Below are positions 20,055 to 29,603 of a stretch of 64,000 nucleotides of DNA, in pieces. Origin of the DNA: an uncultured Collinsella sp. GTDB lineage: Bacteria > Actinomycetota > Coriobacteriia > Coriobacteriales > Coriobacteriaceae. The translations under genes and the position numbers were made by a program. The notes under the pieces are model-generated. The model did not search any database. It worked only from the letters and a program-made list of their open reading frames with translations, and was not told the DNA's origin. Each line of letters opens with the position of its first letter. Within the stretch, counting starts at the first letter, position 1. The DNA is taken from contig UQXB01000002.1 of the NCBI GenBank assembly GCA_900544935.1, forward strand, positions 4,110 through 68,109, given 5' to 3'.

Positions 20055-21255
20055 ATGAACGATTTCTCCTTCTACTCCCCCACCCGCTTTGTCTTTGGGC
20101 GAAAAGCGACCGACAAGGTTGGGGGACTCTGTCCGCCTCCGGCTACCGCTGAGCGCTCATTGTCTACGGCAGGGGTTCCGCAGTTCGCTGCGGAACGCTC
20201 GTCCGCGTGAGGGCATCGCTCGATGCCGCGGGCGTGGAGCACATCGGGCTTGGAGGGGTGCGTCCAAACCCCGAAATAGGCTTGGCACGAGAAGGCGTCG
20301 AGCTCGCACGGGCAAACGACGCCGACATCATCCTGCCCGTGGGCGGCGGCTCCGTCATGGACTGCGCGAAGGCCATCGCACTGGGGCGGTATACGACGGC
20401 GACGTATGGGACTTCTTCCGCAAGCGCGCCGTTCCCGCCGACCGCATCGACGTCGCCTGCGTGGTGACCATCCCCGCATCCGGTTCCGAGGCCTCTAACT
20501 CCTGCGTTATCAGCAACGACGAGGAGCACCTCAAATGCAGCATTAACACGGACCTCAACCGCCCGGCCATCGCCTTCCTCGACCCGGAGCTGACCTTCAG
20601 CCTGCCCGCCTGCCAGACCGCCGCGGGAGTGACCGACATGATCGCCCATATCATGGAGCGACTCTTCTCCGGCGAGCCCGCCGTGGGCGTAACCGACAAC
20701 ATCGCCTGCGGGCTAGTGCGCGCCGCGAGGGAGGCGGCGCCCAAGGTGATGGAGAACCCCGATGACTACGACGCCCGCGCCGAGATCATGTGGGTGGGTA
20801 CGCTCGCCCATAACGCCCTGCGCGACGGCGATTGGACCTGCCGCGGCCTTGAGCACGAGCTATCCGCACTGGACACCAAGATCACGCACGGCGCCGGCCT
20901 CGCCGTCATCTTCCCCGCCTGGATGCGCTACGTATGGCGAGAGCACCCTGAGCGCTTCCTGGAGTTCAGCGCCCAGGCCCTTGGCATCGAACCCATCGAT
21001 TCGGACGCGGACGAGCTCGATGTGGAGGTAACCCCCGAGCAGGCAATCGAGTACGCGGTCGAAGCGACCATCGACGAGCTGCAGGATTTCTTCGTCTCGC
21101 TGGGAATGCCGCGCGCGCTATCGGAGTTCGGAGTCACCGAGGACGATATCGAAAAGATGATTCCGGGCCTCAAGATCAACCGCGGAGAGCTCTTCGGCAG
21201 CTTCAGGAAGCTCACGCTGGACAACGCGAGAAAGATTTACCGCAGCGCACTCTAG
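20055..21255 (+). pseudogene. iron-containing alcohol dehydrogenase (Fe-ADH / butanol dehydrogenase-like) disrupted by two frameshifts
   Basis: Frame 0 gives the N-terminus MNDFSFYSPTRFVFGRKATDKVG and then stops. The reading continues in another frame (ALIVYGRGSAVR…VRASLDAAGVEHIGLGGVRPNPEIGLAREGVELARANDADIILPVGGGSVMDCAKAIALG). It then shifts again at a GGGG run near 20388 into the frame of ORF 20089..21255 (AVYDGDVWDFF…). All three pieces together match the Fe-ADH family. Confidence 0.7.
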
Positions 21256-21345
21256 GAAACAGATGCCAGTCCCCCACGGGCGAGCAGCACGGCGGCCCCC
21301 GCAAACCAGAAACGGCGCCGCTCCCGCGACGCCGTCATATTCCCT

Positions 21346-21391
21346 GGTGCCCCCGGGCGGATTCGAACCGTCGACACCCGCTTTAGGAGAT
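21346..21391. repeat. attL: 46-bp direct repeat, a partial copy of the tRNA-Arg 3' end
   Basis: TGGTGCCCCCGGGCGGATTCGAACCGTCGACACCCGCTTTAGGAGA is identical to 34680-34725 inside the intact tRNA-Arg gene. Confidence 0.75.
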
Positions 21392-21581
21392 ATGATTTAA
21401 TGCTACCCCCTACCATTCATCAAGCATCATTGAACAGCATATAACCGCAGATAAACATAGCAGTTTGTGTCTTTTGCCTCCGGTAGCTGCGCCTACGCTT
21501 TTACAAACATATTACTAACAGCTTTAGCTAAACTGCACTCAATGAATTGTTGAAAACTATTCAAAGAAACGGAGCGCAAAG

Positions 21582-22829
21582 ATGACAGAACAGCCACTAA
21601 TTAGCGGAAGAGGCACGTGTTGGAAAGACAAGAGATCACCTAACACCTATCGCTATTATTTTTCCCTTGGAGTCAAGGACCCTAAGACGGGGCGCTACAA
21701 ACGATCCCCAACTTATACAGTCCGTTGCAAGACTAAAACAGAAGCTAAGGCTGCAATGCAGGCCAAGCTGGCTGAAATCAACTCCTCTGGCACGATCACT
21801 AAAACTAAAAAGCCCACTTTGCTTGCGTCCTACTGCTGGGCCTTTCATGAAAATAGGGACACCGAGCTTGCGCCAACGAGCTATGAAAGAGAAGCGTACG
21901 ATTGCAGGCATATCGAAGACCTATTCGGTGCGTTTCAGACAATTGAGGGGCTAACTCCCGATCTAATCGAAGAAACATATGCCGAAGCTCGTCGTACGGG
22001 AAAATACAAACCATCAGAGCTTGTACGAATCAATGCGAAACTGCGTCAGATTTTGTCGAATGCAGTCGCAAAGAGAATAATTGACCGAAACCCCTGCGCT
22101 ACCGTTCATGTTCGCAGACCACGCAACAAAAGAGAATCACTGACAATCGACCAAGTAGCTACCCTATGCACACATCTTCAACACATTGAGCTCACCGCCG
22201 AAGCTGTTGGTACACTAGTACTAGTGTATACGGGCATGCGGAAAGGCGAGATGCTGGGCCTCGAATGGCGCGATTGGGACCCTGCCAATAAAACCTTGAA
22301 AATTGACAGGCAGTACACCAACGACCATGAACTGAGGGCACCCAAGTCACAAGAAAGCCAACGCAAAATCCCCGTTGGAGAAACCTTGGCCGAACGTCTT
22401 CAATCATGGTCAGCCATACAAAAAGAGCTCCTGGCCTCTCTGGGGCTGTCCCAGACTGGCAGCACTCCCATCATTAGCGATATTGCTGTCGAGCAAGGGA
22501 TCCCTACTGTCTGTCACATGAAAAACTACATCTTCAACCATTGGTTTCGCGATTTCGCAGTTAGCTGCAATCTTGGAATCTATGAGCCGAACAATTCGAC
22601 TGGCGGAAAACTATATAAGGGCATCTGCCCGCATCAGCTCAGGCATTGTGTAAGCACTTTTATGCTGGCGAACGGATCGGACGTTAGAAGCGTGCAAGGT
22701 ATTCTTGGCCACGCGGACCCCAATATCACGCTCAAAACGTATACAAGCCTCGTTCAACAATCAGAAATAAAAGCAGTTAAAGGCTACGAAGCCTTCATCA
22801 ACGCCTATATACAGAGAAGCGAGAAATAG
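21582..22829 (+). CDS. int: tyrosine-type site-specific integrase
   Basis: C-terminal catalytic region …CPHQLRHCVSTFMLANGSDVRSVQGILGHADPNITLKTYTSL (R-H-R-Y motifs). GGAG RBS. Adjacent to attL. Confidence 0.85.
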   Translation: MTEQPLISGRGTCWKDKRSPNTYRYYFSLGVKDPKTGRYKRSPTYTVRCKTKTEAKAAMQAKLAEINSSGTITKTKKPTLLASYCWAFHENRDTELAPTSYEREAYDCRHIEDLFGAFQTIEGLTPDLIEETYAEARRTGKYKPSELVRINAKLRQILSNAVAKRIIDRNPCATVHVRRPRNKRESLTIDQVATLCTHLQHIELTAEAVGTLVLVYTGMRKGEMLGLEWRDWDPANKTLKIDRQYTNDHELRAPKSQESQRKIPVGETLAERLQSWSAIQKELLASLGLSQTGSTPIISDIAVEQGIPTVCHMKNYIFNHWFRDFAVSCNLGIYEPNNSTGGKLYKGICPHQLRHCVSTFMLANGSDVRSVQGILGHADPNITLKTYTSLVQQSEIKAVKGYEAFINAYIQRSEK

Positions 22830-23047
22830 CATGTTTTTCATTCATCGTTTATTTCATAATATTACGGTACTATAATACCGTTTCCGCAGGTAGATGCTTT
22901 ATTTGATTGACATCTAATGCGTTTTAATACATGCTAAAGCTGTCAGATGGCTACGCATGTAGTCATAGAAACCGGCCCCCCAAGTGCTTATGAACCTGGT
23001 ACGTCTTACAAGCACAGGGAGGGCCCTCATTGAAAGGATAGCTCATC

Positions 23048-23293
23048 ATGGCTACTCCAAAGATTAGCACTCAGGCGTCCACACCGACTTTCCCCACTGG
23101 TGCCGCTCAGTGCGATCGGTTGCTCCGCGTTAACGATATCCGCGAACTCACTGGCTGGAGCGAAAACACCGCACGCAAGTTTATGCGAGAGTCCGGCAAG
23201 CTCATCCAGATCCATCGCTCTAATTACATGTTTGAAAGCTCGTTCTACGAGCTTTTCAAGCAGCTTGAAGGTCGTACCGCCCACCTTGATTAG
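23048..23293 (+). CDS. small HTH DNA-binding protein, excisionase/AlpA-like
   Basis: 81 aa. LLRVNDIRELTGWSENTARKFMRESGKL resembles an MerR/Xis-type HTH. Lies immediately downstream of the integrase. Confidence 0.5.
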   Translation: MATPKISTQASTPTFPTGAAQCDRLLRVNDIRELTGWSENTARKFMRESGKLIQIHRSNYMFESSFYELFKQLEGRTAHLD

Positions 23294-23302
23294 GTGGTAA
23301 AC

Positions 23303-23689
23303 ATGAGCGAGCTTCCGTCGATTTCCGACATATTTAGCGATGATGCTACTGAGCAACGAGAGATTACGGGAAAAATGGATAAGGCTATTTTTATTTCAGT
23401 GCCCGAGTGGGCGTGCTGCGTCACCACCGTTGCCGCCGAGCGTCTCATCCTCGGCCTTGTATGGAAGTTTGGAAAACCTTCCAAAAACAAACGGCCCATG
23501 GGCTTCTGCGCTAAAAGCAAATGGATTGAGGATCACTACCGCCTGAGTAAGAACACGATATCCCGGGCCTATACCTCTCTGAAGGATAAGGGGTATATTC
23601 AAAAAGTTGGTGATGGCAGCTGGATGCTTAATTACGCCGCAATCTACCGCGCCGCGATTGAAAACGCTTGGGAGCCTCCGAAACTTTAA
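23303..23689 (+). CDS. winged-helix DNA-binding protein (replication-initiator / repressor-like)
   Basis: ATG at 23303 with GGTGG 5 nt upstream. C-terminal KNTISRAYTSLKDKGYIQKVGDGSW resembles a wHTH. Function inferred only from fold-like motifs. Confidence 0.4.
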   Translation: MSELPSISDIFSDDATEQREITGKMDKAIFISVPEWACCVTTVAAERLILGLVWKFGKPSKNKRPMGFCAKSKWIEDHYRLSKNTISRAYTSLKDKGYIQKVGDGSWMLNYAAIYRAAIENAWEPPKL

Positions 23690-24141
23690 GCCCACAAACC
23701 GACTATCGAGGTCGTGAGAGTCGGTCACCGTCAGGATGCCCACAAGAACATGCCGCGGATGTAAAATGAAGCAGGGTCGAACCGAAACAGTTCCCGGACA
23801 ATTGGTGTCCGGCCAGACACTTCGATTCGACCCTTTCTCATGCCTGCATCTAAAATACTCCCACAATCATTCTCGACATCTTTAACGCCCTCACCTCCTG
23901 CCACCAACACGTCGTAGACGCTATTTACAACGAATCGATATGGCCGCCCGTTCTTTAAGGCACGTGTTACCATGAAAACGTGCGGTATTTCTCCAACCGA
24001 AAACCTGCGTGAACGCATGACTTGAGACGCCTTTTAGAACTCACCGATCGCAGGGCGAACACAAATCAACAGCGGCCGTGCATTGTTCCCAGCCATATGG
24101 CATGGCGGAGCCATGCCCGTTGTTGATTGGAGTGCCGCACC

Positions 24142-24711
24142 ATGGCAGACGAGAAGAAAATCAGGGAGATCTACGGCGTGAAGTCCGTCCTCGATGAGGC
24201 CGCCGAGCGGATCGAGGCGACGTGGCGGGAGAAGCTGCTGCGCGAGACGGGCGACCTCAGAACCGAGAACGCGTTGCTCAGGGCCCAGCTCGACGAATTC
24301 AACCGCAAGCTCGTCGAGGCGAGAGACCGGAACGAAAGACTTGAGGCCGACTGCAATGAGCGGGTCGCCTTTATCGAGGAGAAGTTCGAACTCGATACCG
24401 CGAGCCTCGAGCTCGAGAACAACGAGCTTCATGCCGCGAGCGTCAGATACCTCGCCGATGCCAGGGAGCTCGACAGGCAGGTCGTCCAGCTCCATGCCGA
24501 GGCCGTGGCCATGGTCGATGAGATCGAGCGCCTGCGCGGCGAGCGTGACGCCGCGCTGAAAGCCCAAGCCGAGTTGAACGACGCACTCCTGGCCCAGCGC
24601 GACCTGATGGCCGAGCTCGCCGCCCTCAAGGACCGCCTTGCCGCCTCCGAGCAGCGGGCGGCCGTGGCCGAGGCCAAGGTCGAGGTCATGACCCAGATGA
24701 AGGACGAGTAG
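24142..24711 (+). CDS. coiled-coil protein, hypothetical
   Basis: Heptad-rich Glu/Arg/Leu sequence with no TM. GGAG 9 nt before ATG. Convergent with the phosphoesterase operon. Confidence 0.45.
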   Translation: MADEKKIREIYGVKSVLDEAAERIEATWREKLLRETGDLRTENALLRAQLDEFNRKLVEARDRNERLEADCNERVAFIEEKFELDTASLELENNELHAASVRYLADARELDRQVVQLHAEAVAMVDEIERLRGERDAALKAQAELNDALLAQRDLMAELAALKDRLAASEQRAAVAEAKVEVMTQMKDE

Positions 24712-24753
24712 CCCCGCGCTTCTCCTGTCAGGCTGCTGATTTCTAGGAATCTT

Positions 24754-25491
24754 CTAGAGCGCTTCCAGAAGGTTCCTAGAACCGGGCGCAGCATCTTCGA
24801 TCGGCACGATGTCTCGGTAGATCAGGCGATGTCTGTCGTCGCGCCATTCGTCGCCGTGATAATGTCCGAAGAACCAGGCTCGGTAGCCGAGCCGCCCGTC
24901 GAGCTCGCCAAGGAATCGTTGCAGCCGGTCGCCTCGATACTCGCGCCCGCGCTCGCGGCACAGCTTCTCTGCCAGGACGGCAGGGGCCTCATGCGTCACC
25001 ACGTAATCGACCCTCCAGCCTACGCGGTCGAGCGAGGAACGGCAGTGGTCCATCTCCTCCTCGCTCGGCATCTCCTCGGGCCACCAGCTCCTCCCCTCCT
25101 TGCGATACTGCCTGTCGTTGCTTGCGGCACCGCCCATGGCAAGGACCGTGAGCCCACCGATGTCGAACACCTCCCCACGCATCAGGTGCAGCACGTGCGG
25201 TCGCGCCTCATGGACGAGCCCACCGTTCCACTCCCGCACCGGCAGTTCTGCCAGGGCGTGGTGGTTCTCATGGTTGCCGTCTACGAAACACGTGGTCCAG
25301 GGCTTCGACTCGAGCCAGTCGAGCCAGTATTTTTCGGCGTTGGACCCATCCCAGACAAAGCCGAAGTCGCCGGCCACGATCACCGCGTCATCGCGCGTCA
25401 GGGTCCGGCCCAGCGGCCAATTTTTGAAAGCAAACCGGCTGGACCCGTACTCGGCCCTGCCGTGCACGTCGCCTGTCACATAGACCGTCAT
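24754..25491 (-). CDS. calcineurin-like metallophosphoesterase (paralog 1 of 3)
   Basis: MTVYVTGDVHG…IVAGDFGF…FVDGNHENHHAL…GHYHGDEW metallophosphatase motifs. ATG overlaps the stop of paralog 2 (ATGA). Confidence 0.7.
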   Translation of the reverse strand: MTVYVTGDVHGRAEYGSSRFAFKNWPLGRTLTRDDAVIVAGDFGFVWDGSNAEKYWLDWLESKPWTTCFVDGNHENHHALAELPVREWNGGLVHEARPHVLHLMRGEVFDIGGLTVLAMGGAASNDRQYRKEGRSWWPEEMPSEEEMDHCRSSLDRVGWRVDYVVTHEAPAVLAEKLCRERGREYRGDRLQRFLGELDGRLGYRAWFFGHYHGDEWRDDRHRLIYRDIVPIEDAAPGSRNLLEAL

Positions 25492-26216
25492 CAGTACGCA
25501 CCCCACGGCAGGAGTTTGCCCCCGAGCCTCACGATCCGGTCATACAGCACCGTGTGCCGTTCGTCCGGATTGCCGTCTCGGTGAAAATGTCCGTAATACC
25601 AGTGCTTATAGTCCAGGCGGTCTTCGAGCTCGTCGAGGAATCCGGTCAGCCGGTCCACATCAGGGCGTTCCCAGCCTGGGTCCGGGTAGAGCGTCGGCGA
25701 GAGCATGCGCGTGGCGCAGGTATGGGTGATGACGCAGTCGACCTTCCAGCCGACCTCGTCGAGCTTTGCCCGCGCGGTATCGAAATCGCGCTCGTCCGGG
25801 AGCTCCTGAGGCCACCAGCTGGAATACGGCACGCGGTATTCCCTGTCCACGCTCGTGGCACCGCCCATGGTGAAGACCGTCGAGCCGTCGAGCTCGAAGA
25901 CCTCCCCGCGCATGAGGCGGCGGATGGACGAAGTATCCGACAGGCGCTGCGTCAGCCCGCCGTGCCACGGCTCCATGGGGCGCTCCTCCCAGTGGTCGAA
26001 GCGCTCGTGGTTGCCGTCGACGAACAGTACCGTGTAGGGGCGCGACTCCAGCCAGGCGATGTCGGCGCATTCCTCGGCAGAGAAGTCCCACGGAAAGCCA
26101 AAGTCGCCGGCAACGATGAGATAGTCGTCGCCGGTAAGGCTATCGCCAAGCTCCCAGTCGCGGAGCTTTTGCATGTCGAGCCCACCGTGGATGTCGCCCG
26201 TCACATAGACCGTCAT
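25491..26216 (-). CDS. calcineurin-like metallophosphoesterase (paralog 2 of 3)
   Basis: MTVYVTGDIHGG…IVAGDFGF…FVDGNHERF…YGHFHRD. N-terminal identity to paralog 1 is clear by eye. ATG overlaps the stop of paralog 3 (ATGA). Confidence 0.7.
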   Translation of the reverse strand: MTVYVTGDIHGGLDMQKLRDWELGDSLTGDDYLIVAGDFGFPWDFSAEECADIAWLESRPYTVLFVDGNHERFDHWEERPMEPWHGGLTQRLSDTSSIRRLMRGEVFELDGSTVFTMGGATSVDREYRVPYSSWWPQELPDERDFDTARAKLDEVGWKVDCVITHTCATRMLSPTLYPDPGWERPDVDRLTGFLDELEDRLDYKHWYYGHFHRDGNPDERHTVLYDRIVRLGGKLLPWGAY

Positions 26217-26851
26217 CGGATCGCCTCTTCCCTCTTGTACGCCGCCAGCTCGCGCTCGACCTGCCTGTCGCCGGTCTCGTTGACCCACCAGGGCCATTTC
26301 ACCCGGCCGCACGGCTCGTCGACTCCGGCGAACCATTCCCTCAGCTCGTCAAGACTCACCGGGGAGTGCCCGTTGGCATCGCAACCGACGTCGTAGCGCA
26401 GAAGGCCCTGCTTGCGGTTGAACCCGTTGTACGCGCCGCCGCTGCTGTGGATGTGCCCGTGGAGGTGCCACGATCCATGGCTCATGCCCTGCCAGTCGGC
26501 CATGGGGTAATGGCTCAGGACGATCTTCTGCCCGTCGATCTTGAGCACGCAGATCGGCGGCTCCACGGTGAAGGCGCCCGCGACCGCCGGCTGGGTCCAG
26601 TCCTTGTCGTGGTTTCCCGGGACGAGGTGGATGCGCCTGCAGGCGATCCGCTTGCGCAGCCCGTAGGCGTCCTGGGCGGTCATCTTGAATGAGAAATCAC
26701 CCAGGATGTAGAGTTCGTCGTCCACGGCAACCCTGCCGTTGATGCTGTCGACGATGGCGTCGTTCATCTGCCAAATCGTCTCCCACGGGCGGTCGGTGAA
26801 CTTCAGCACGTTCTCATGCCCGAAGTGGGTGTCGCTGGTAAACCAGATCAT
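26213..26851 (-). CDS. calcineurin-like metallophosphoesterase (paralog 3 of 3, more divergent)
   Basis: MIWFTSDTHFGH…ILGDFSF…VPGNHD…HLHGHIHSSG. AAGGAG RBS 8 nt before ATG at 26851. First gene of the three-gene operon. Confidence 0.7.
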   Translation of the reverse strand: MIWFTSDTHFGHENVLKFTDRPWETIWQMNDAIVDSINGRVAVDDELYILGDFSFKMTAQDAYGLRKRIACRRIHLVPGNHDKDWTQPAVAGAFTVEPPICVLKIDGQKIVLSHYPMADWQGMSHGSWHLHGHIHSSGGAYNGFNRKQGLLRYDVGCDANGHSPVSLDELREWFAGVDEPCGRVKWPWWVNETGDRQVERELAAYKREEAIR

Positions 26852-27114
26852 ATTTATGTCTCCTTCTGTCGCTAAAAAACGTTCTCCCTCGAGGTCAGGA
26901 GACGTTTTATGAGCGACATGAGGTGCATATCCCTCATGTTTCAAGCTCCAATCTGCCGGATTTGCCCAACTAAAAGTTTACGCCCACGCGCGAACAGGAT
27001 TTGATTTTTGAAATATGGACGAATTCCTCGTCAGGAGGGTAAAATGGTGCCGACGGCAGCCCAAGTTGTAGAGAGCTGGGCAGAGCCGTTGCTTAACGAA
27101 GTTAGGTCATCGTC

Positions 27115-27240
27115 TTAGCGACGGTGGCCTTTCTTTTTGGGCTTCGAACCCTGCTTGAGTGCCTTGGAAAGGCCGACAAGGGCCGTGAGGAGCGAGACCA
27201 TAGCGGTCAGGAGCTTCACGGACTCAGTGAAATCGGTCAT
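27115..27240 (-). CDS. 41-aa hydrophobic mini-protein with basic C-terminal tail (candidate type I toxin / small membrane peptide)
   Basis: GGAGGTG 6 nt upstream of the ATG. Translation MTDFTESVKLLTAMVSLLTALVGLSKALKQGSKPKKKGHRR with TAA stop. Below the ORF-track size cutoff. Confidence 0.4.
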   Translation of the reverse strand: MTDFTESVKLLTAMVSLLTALVGLSKALKQGSKPKKKGHRR

Positions 27241-27427
27241 GGGCATCACCTCCCATCGGATGGAGGACTCTGCCCGGCACGAGAGCTGCCGCCAGCAAGG
27301 ACGATTCTATCAGAGCGGCTGACTCCCGCCGATCAATTCATACTCCTCACCCTCGCCGAATTGCGAGCATGAAAGAATCGGCACTGAATAGCAGCGCGCT
27401 AGGGCACCGACGATAGGCTTTCCAAAA

Positions 27428-28627
27428 CTAGCGAGGCGTGTTGCCGTGCGAGTAGTCACCGCGATCGACGACGCGATCGTCCATCTGCCGCGATGCGGAG
27501 CTTCCGCCATGTGCTTGGCCTGCGGCGCGAACGCGGTCGTCGCCGGCATCGGGAACGGCGCCGGCGTAACGATTGCGAATCTCCCTTGCGTAACCGCGAC
27601 GCGCAAGAAGCTCATCGCGAACCGCCGGATCTTCGAGCAGATCTTCATCGCACTTCGGGGCAACGAATTTAGGAAACGAATTGTAGGCGACGCCTTTGCT
27701 CGCCTTCGCCTGCTCGACCCACGCCGAGTATGCTTTCTTGAGACGCTTGATGTAAATCTCACAACGTTTCTCGTATGGAAGGGCTCGCTCGGCTTCCAAC
27801 ACGTTATTTTCGAAAGCCATCTGCAACGACTTCAACGCGAAGCGCCCGTCGAGACGGGTCAGGTTGAAAGTGCACTTCGGATTGCCGGCCTCTTTGATAT
27901 CGAGATCTGTCGCATAGACTCGATTGTTCTTGATGAAAATGTCTACGCCCCATGAGGCAAGTAATTTCTTGAACTGCTCCATATTCTTTACGCGACCTTC
28001 GTCGATCGCAATATGGATCAGCTCGCGCAGATTGTTTTTATAACTGTACTCACCGCGACCGATAATCTCCTTTTCTGTGTCGCGCGGCTGGCGATCGCGA
28101 ATCTTCGAATTCTTCTTTCCCTTTTCGAGCTGAGTGAGATTCCAGGCCTCGTCCATTTCACGAACCCATGCAGCGCGTTCGTACTTTCCCTTGCGACCGC
28201 CGATGTCGCAACGCTTGCCGGTGTCAAGGTCTGTCCGGTTGATCGCCATGTGCACTGCGTAGCGTTTTCCCGCCTTATCGCTTTCTTCATGCAGCGCGAG
28301 AATCACTTGTTGATGCGGATAGTGCTTCGCAAGCCATTGCTCCGCGTAGGCCAAACATGCATCGGGAGTCATCTTGCCCCCGTTGCATGAGCATTCTTCC
28401 GGAAGGAACGCGAGGATCTGATGAAGCAGGATTACGTTTTTGGCTCCGGCTCTCGACGGTTTGTCGTGATGGAAAACCTTTCTGGTTCTATCCATTTTCG
28501 AAAACCAGCGATCGCTGTATTCGATGTTCCAGCCACCACGCACAAGCGCATCTTTTCCGTTGATGTATTTACGGACGTTCTTCGCATACCGTTCACTCGA
28601 AACACTCTTCTGCTTAATGACGGTCAT
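27428..28627 (-). CDS. mobilization relaxase (MobA/MobL- or Mob_Pre-like)
   Basis: N-terminal relaxase-like region with His-rich motif ILALHEESDKAGKRYAVHMAINR. ATG overlaps the mobC stop. Gene pair with MobC. Confidence 0.6.
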   Translation of the reverse strand: MTVIKQKSVSSERYAKNVRKYINGKDALVRGGWNIEYSDRWFSKMDRTRKVFHHDKPSRAGAKNVILLHQILAFLPEECSCNGGKMTPDACLAYAEQWLAKHYPHQQVILALHEESDKAGKRYAVHMAINRTDLDTGKRCDIGGRKGKYERAAWVREMDEAWNLTQLEKGKKNSKIRDRQPRDTEKEIIGRGEYSYKNNLRELIHIAIDEGRVKNMEQFKKLLASWGVDIFIKNNRVYATDLDIKEAGNPKCTFNLTRLDGRFALKSLQMAFENNVLEAERALPYEKRCEIYIKRLKKAYSAWVEQAKASKGVAYNSFPKFVAPKCDEDLLEDPAVRDELLARRGYAREIRNRYAGAVPDAGDDRVRAAGQAHGGSSASRQMDDRVVDRGDYSHGNTPR

Positions 28628-29156
28628 TTTGGTCACCGCCGACGAAATATCGCTTCTCAAACTCGTCGATGAAACGGTCCAGCTTACGCCCAACTTGGTA
28701 AACCTTTTCGAGCGTGCGGAAAACAGCTTTCTCGTTGTACGCGGGAAGCCCCTGGGCGTTCACAAAATACATCAGCTGATTGAGGTTTGTTCCTTCCTTC
28801 AAAAGTTCGTGATAAATCTTGTCGATCGACGCCCGATCGACATCGATTTTCTCGACATTCCCTTTGAGCAGTACGCGACGTGCATACGCACTGACAGTCA
28901 TATCGAGGGAATCAGCATTGCTTTCAATTTTCGTTTTTTCTTCCGGTGAGACCCGGACGTGAATGTCATCGGTTCGGAATTTCTGGTCAGCGATTTCTGA
29001 AAAACCAAAATCGATATCGAGATCGTCGGCATTGCACAAAGCAAAGCGGATGAGTTCCGCCTCGCTCATCTCATGTCGCTTTGCGATTGCAGTGATGGCT
29101 TTCTTCTCTTCATCGGAAAGAGACGCCTTGACGGTGTGTGGGCGGAGCCTACTCAT
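28614..29156 (-). CDS. mobC: MobC-family relaxosome accessory protein (ribbon-helix-helix)
   Basis: SDEEKKAITAIAKRHEMSEAELIRFAL (RHH). VSPEEKTKIESNADSLDMTVSAYARRVL typical of MobC. Confidence 0.6.
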   Translation of the reverse strand: MSRLRPHTVKASLSDEEKKAITAIAKRHEMSEAELIRFALCNADDLDIDFGFSEIADQKFRTDDIHVRVSPEEKTKIESNADSLDMTVSAYARRVLLKGNVEKIDVDRASIDKIYHELLKEGTNLNQLMYFVNAQGLPAYNEKAVFRTLEKVYQVGRKLDRFIDEFEKRYFVGGDQNDRH

Positions 29157-29516
29157 GATTCCTCCGGAAAACGAATCAGCGATCGGAGAGGCCTCCGATC
29201 AAAACCTGCTATGCGATTCGCTTTCCTTTTAATGAGGAACGGCTGGCGTCGTTCCAAAATGAAGAATCGTCTCCGCGATTCTTCATCGCGAAGTTCCAAC
29301 TTCACGATAACCTTATCGCCGTAGCAGGCGGTAAGCAAGGTCTGTGGCGTGGTGTTTTTGGGGTCCGAATGGGCCCACAAAAATGCCACCCACAGTCATC
29401 TTGCAATCACCGGTACGGCGATTGGGCGGAACGCAGTGTAGACATGGAATAAGAGGCCTCATTCCAAGCGAGATGCCTCGCGTTGTCGAAACGAAAAGTG
29501 AAGACCGTGAGCGGAA

Positions 29517-29603
29517 GCGAACTTTTAACGCGAGGGATGCCGAGTGTTAAGAGTTCGCTGTAGCGAGAGCGAAGCGGTACTGCGAATGCGAGGGATGCCG
29601 AGT
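29517..29603. promoter_or_regulatory. candidate oriT: 13-bp inverted repeat with 16-nt loop plus a direct repeat of the loop sequence
   Basis: GCGAACTTTTAAC-GCGAGGGATGCCGAGT-GTTAAGAGTTCGC at 29517-29558. GCGAGGGATGCCGAGT is repeated at 29588-29603. Lies upstream of mobC. Confidence 0.35.

Noticed and set aside
23731-24018. 95-aa minus ORF between the wHTH gene and the coiled-coil gene on the island
   Set aside because: Plausible small protein (…NGRPYRFVVNSVYDVLVAGGEGVKDVEND…) but no convincing RBS or homology. Left uncalled.
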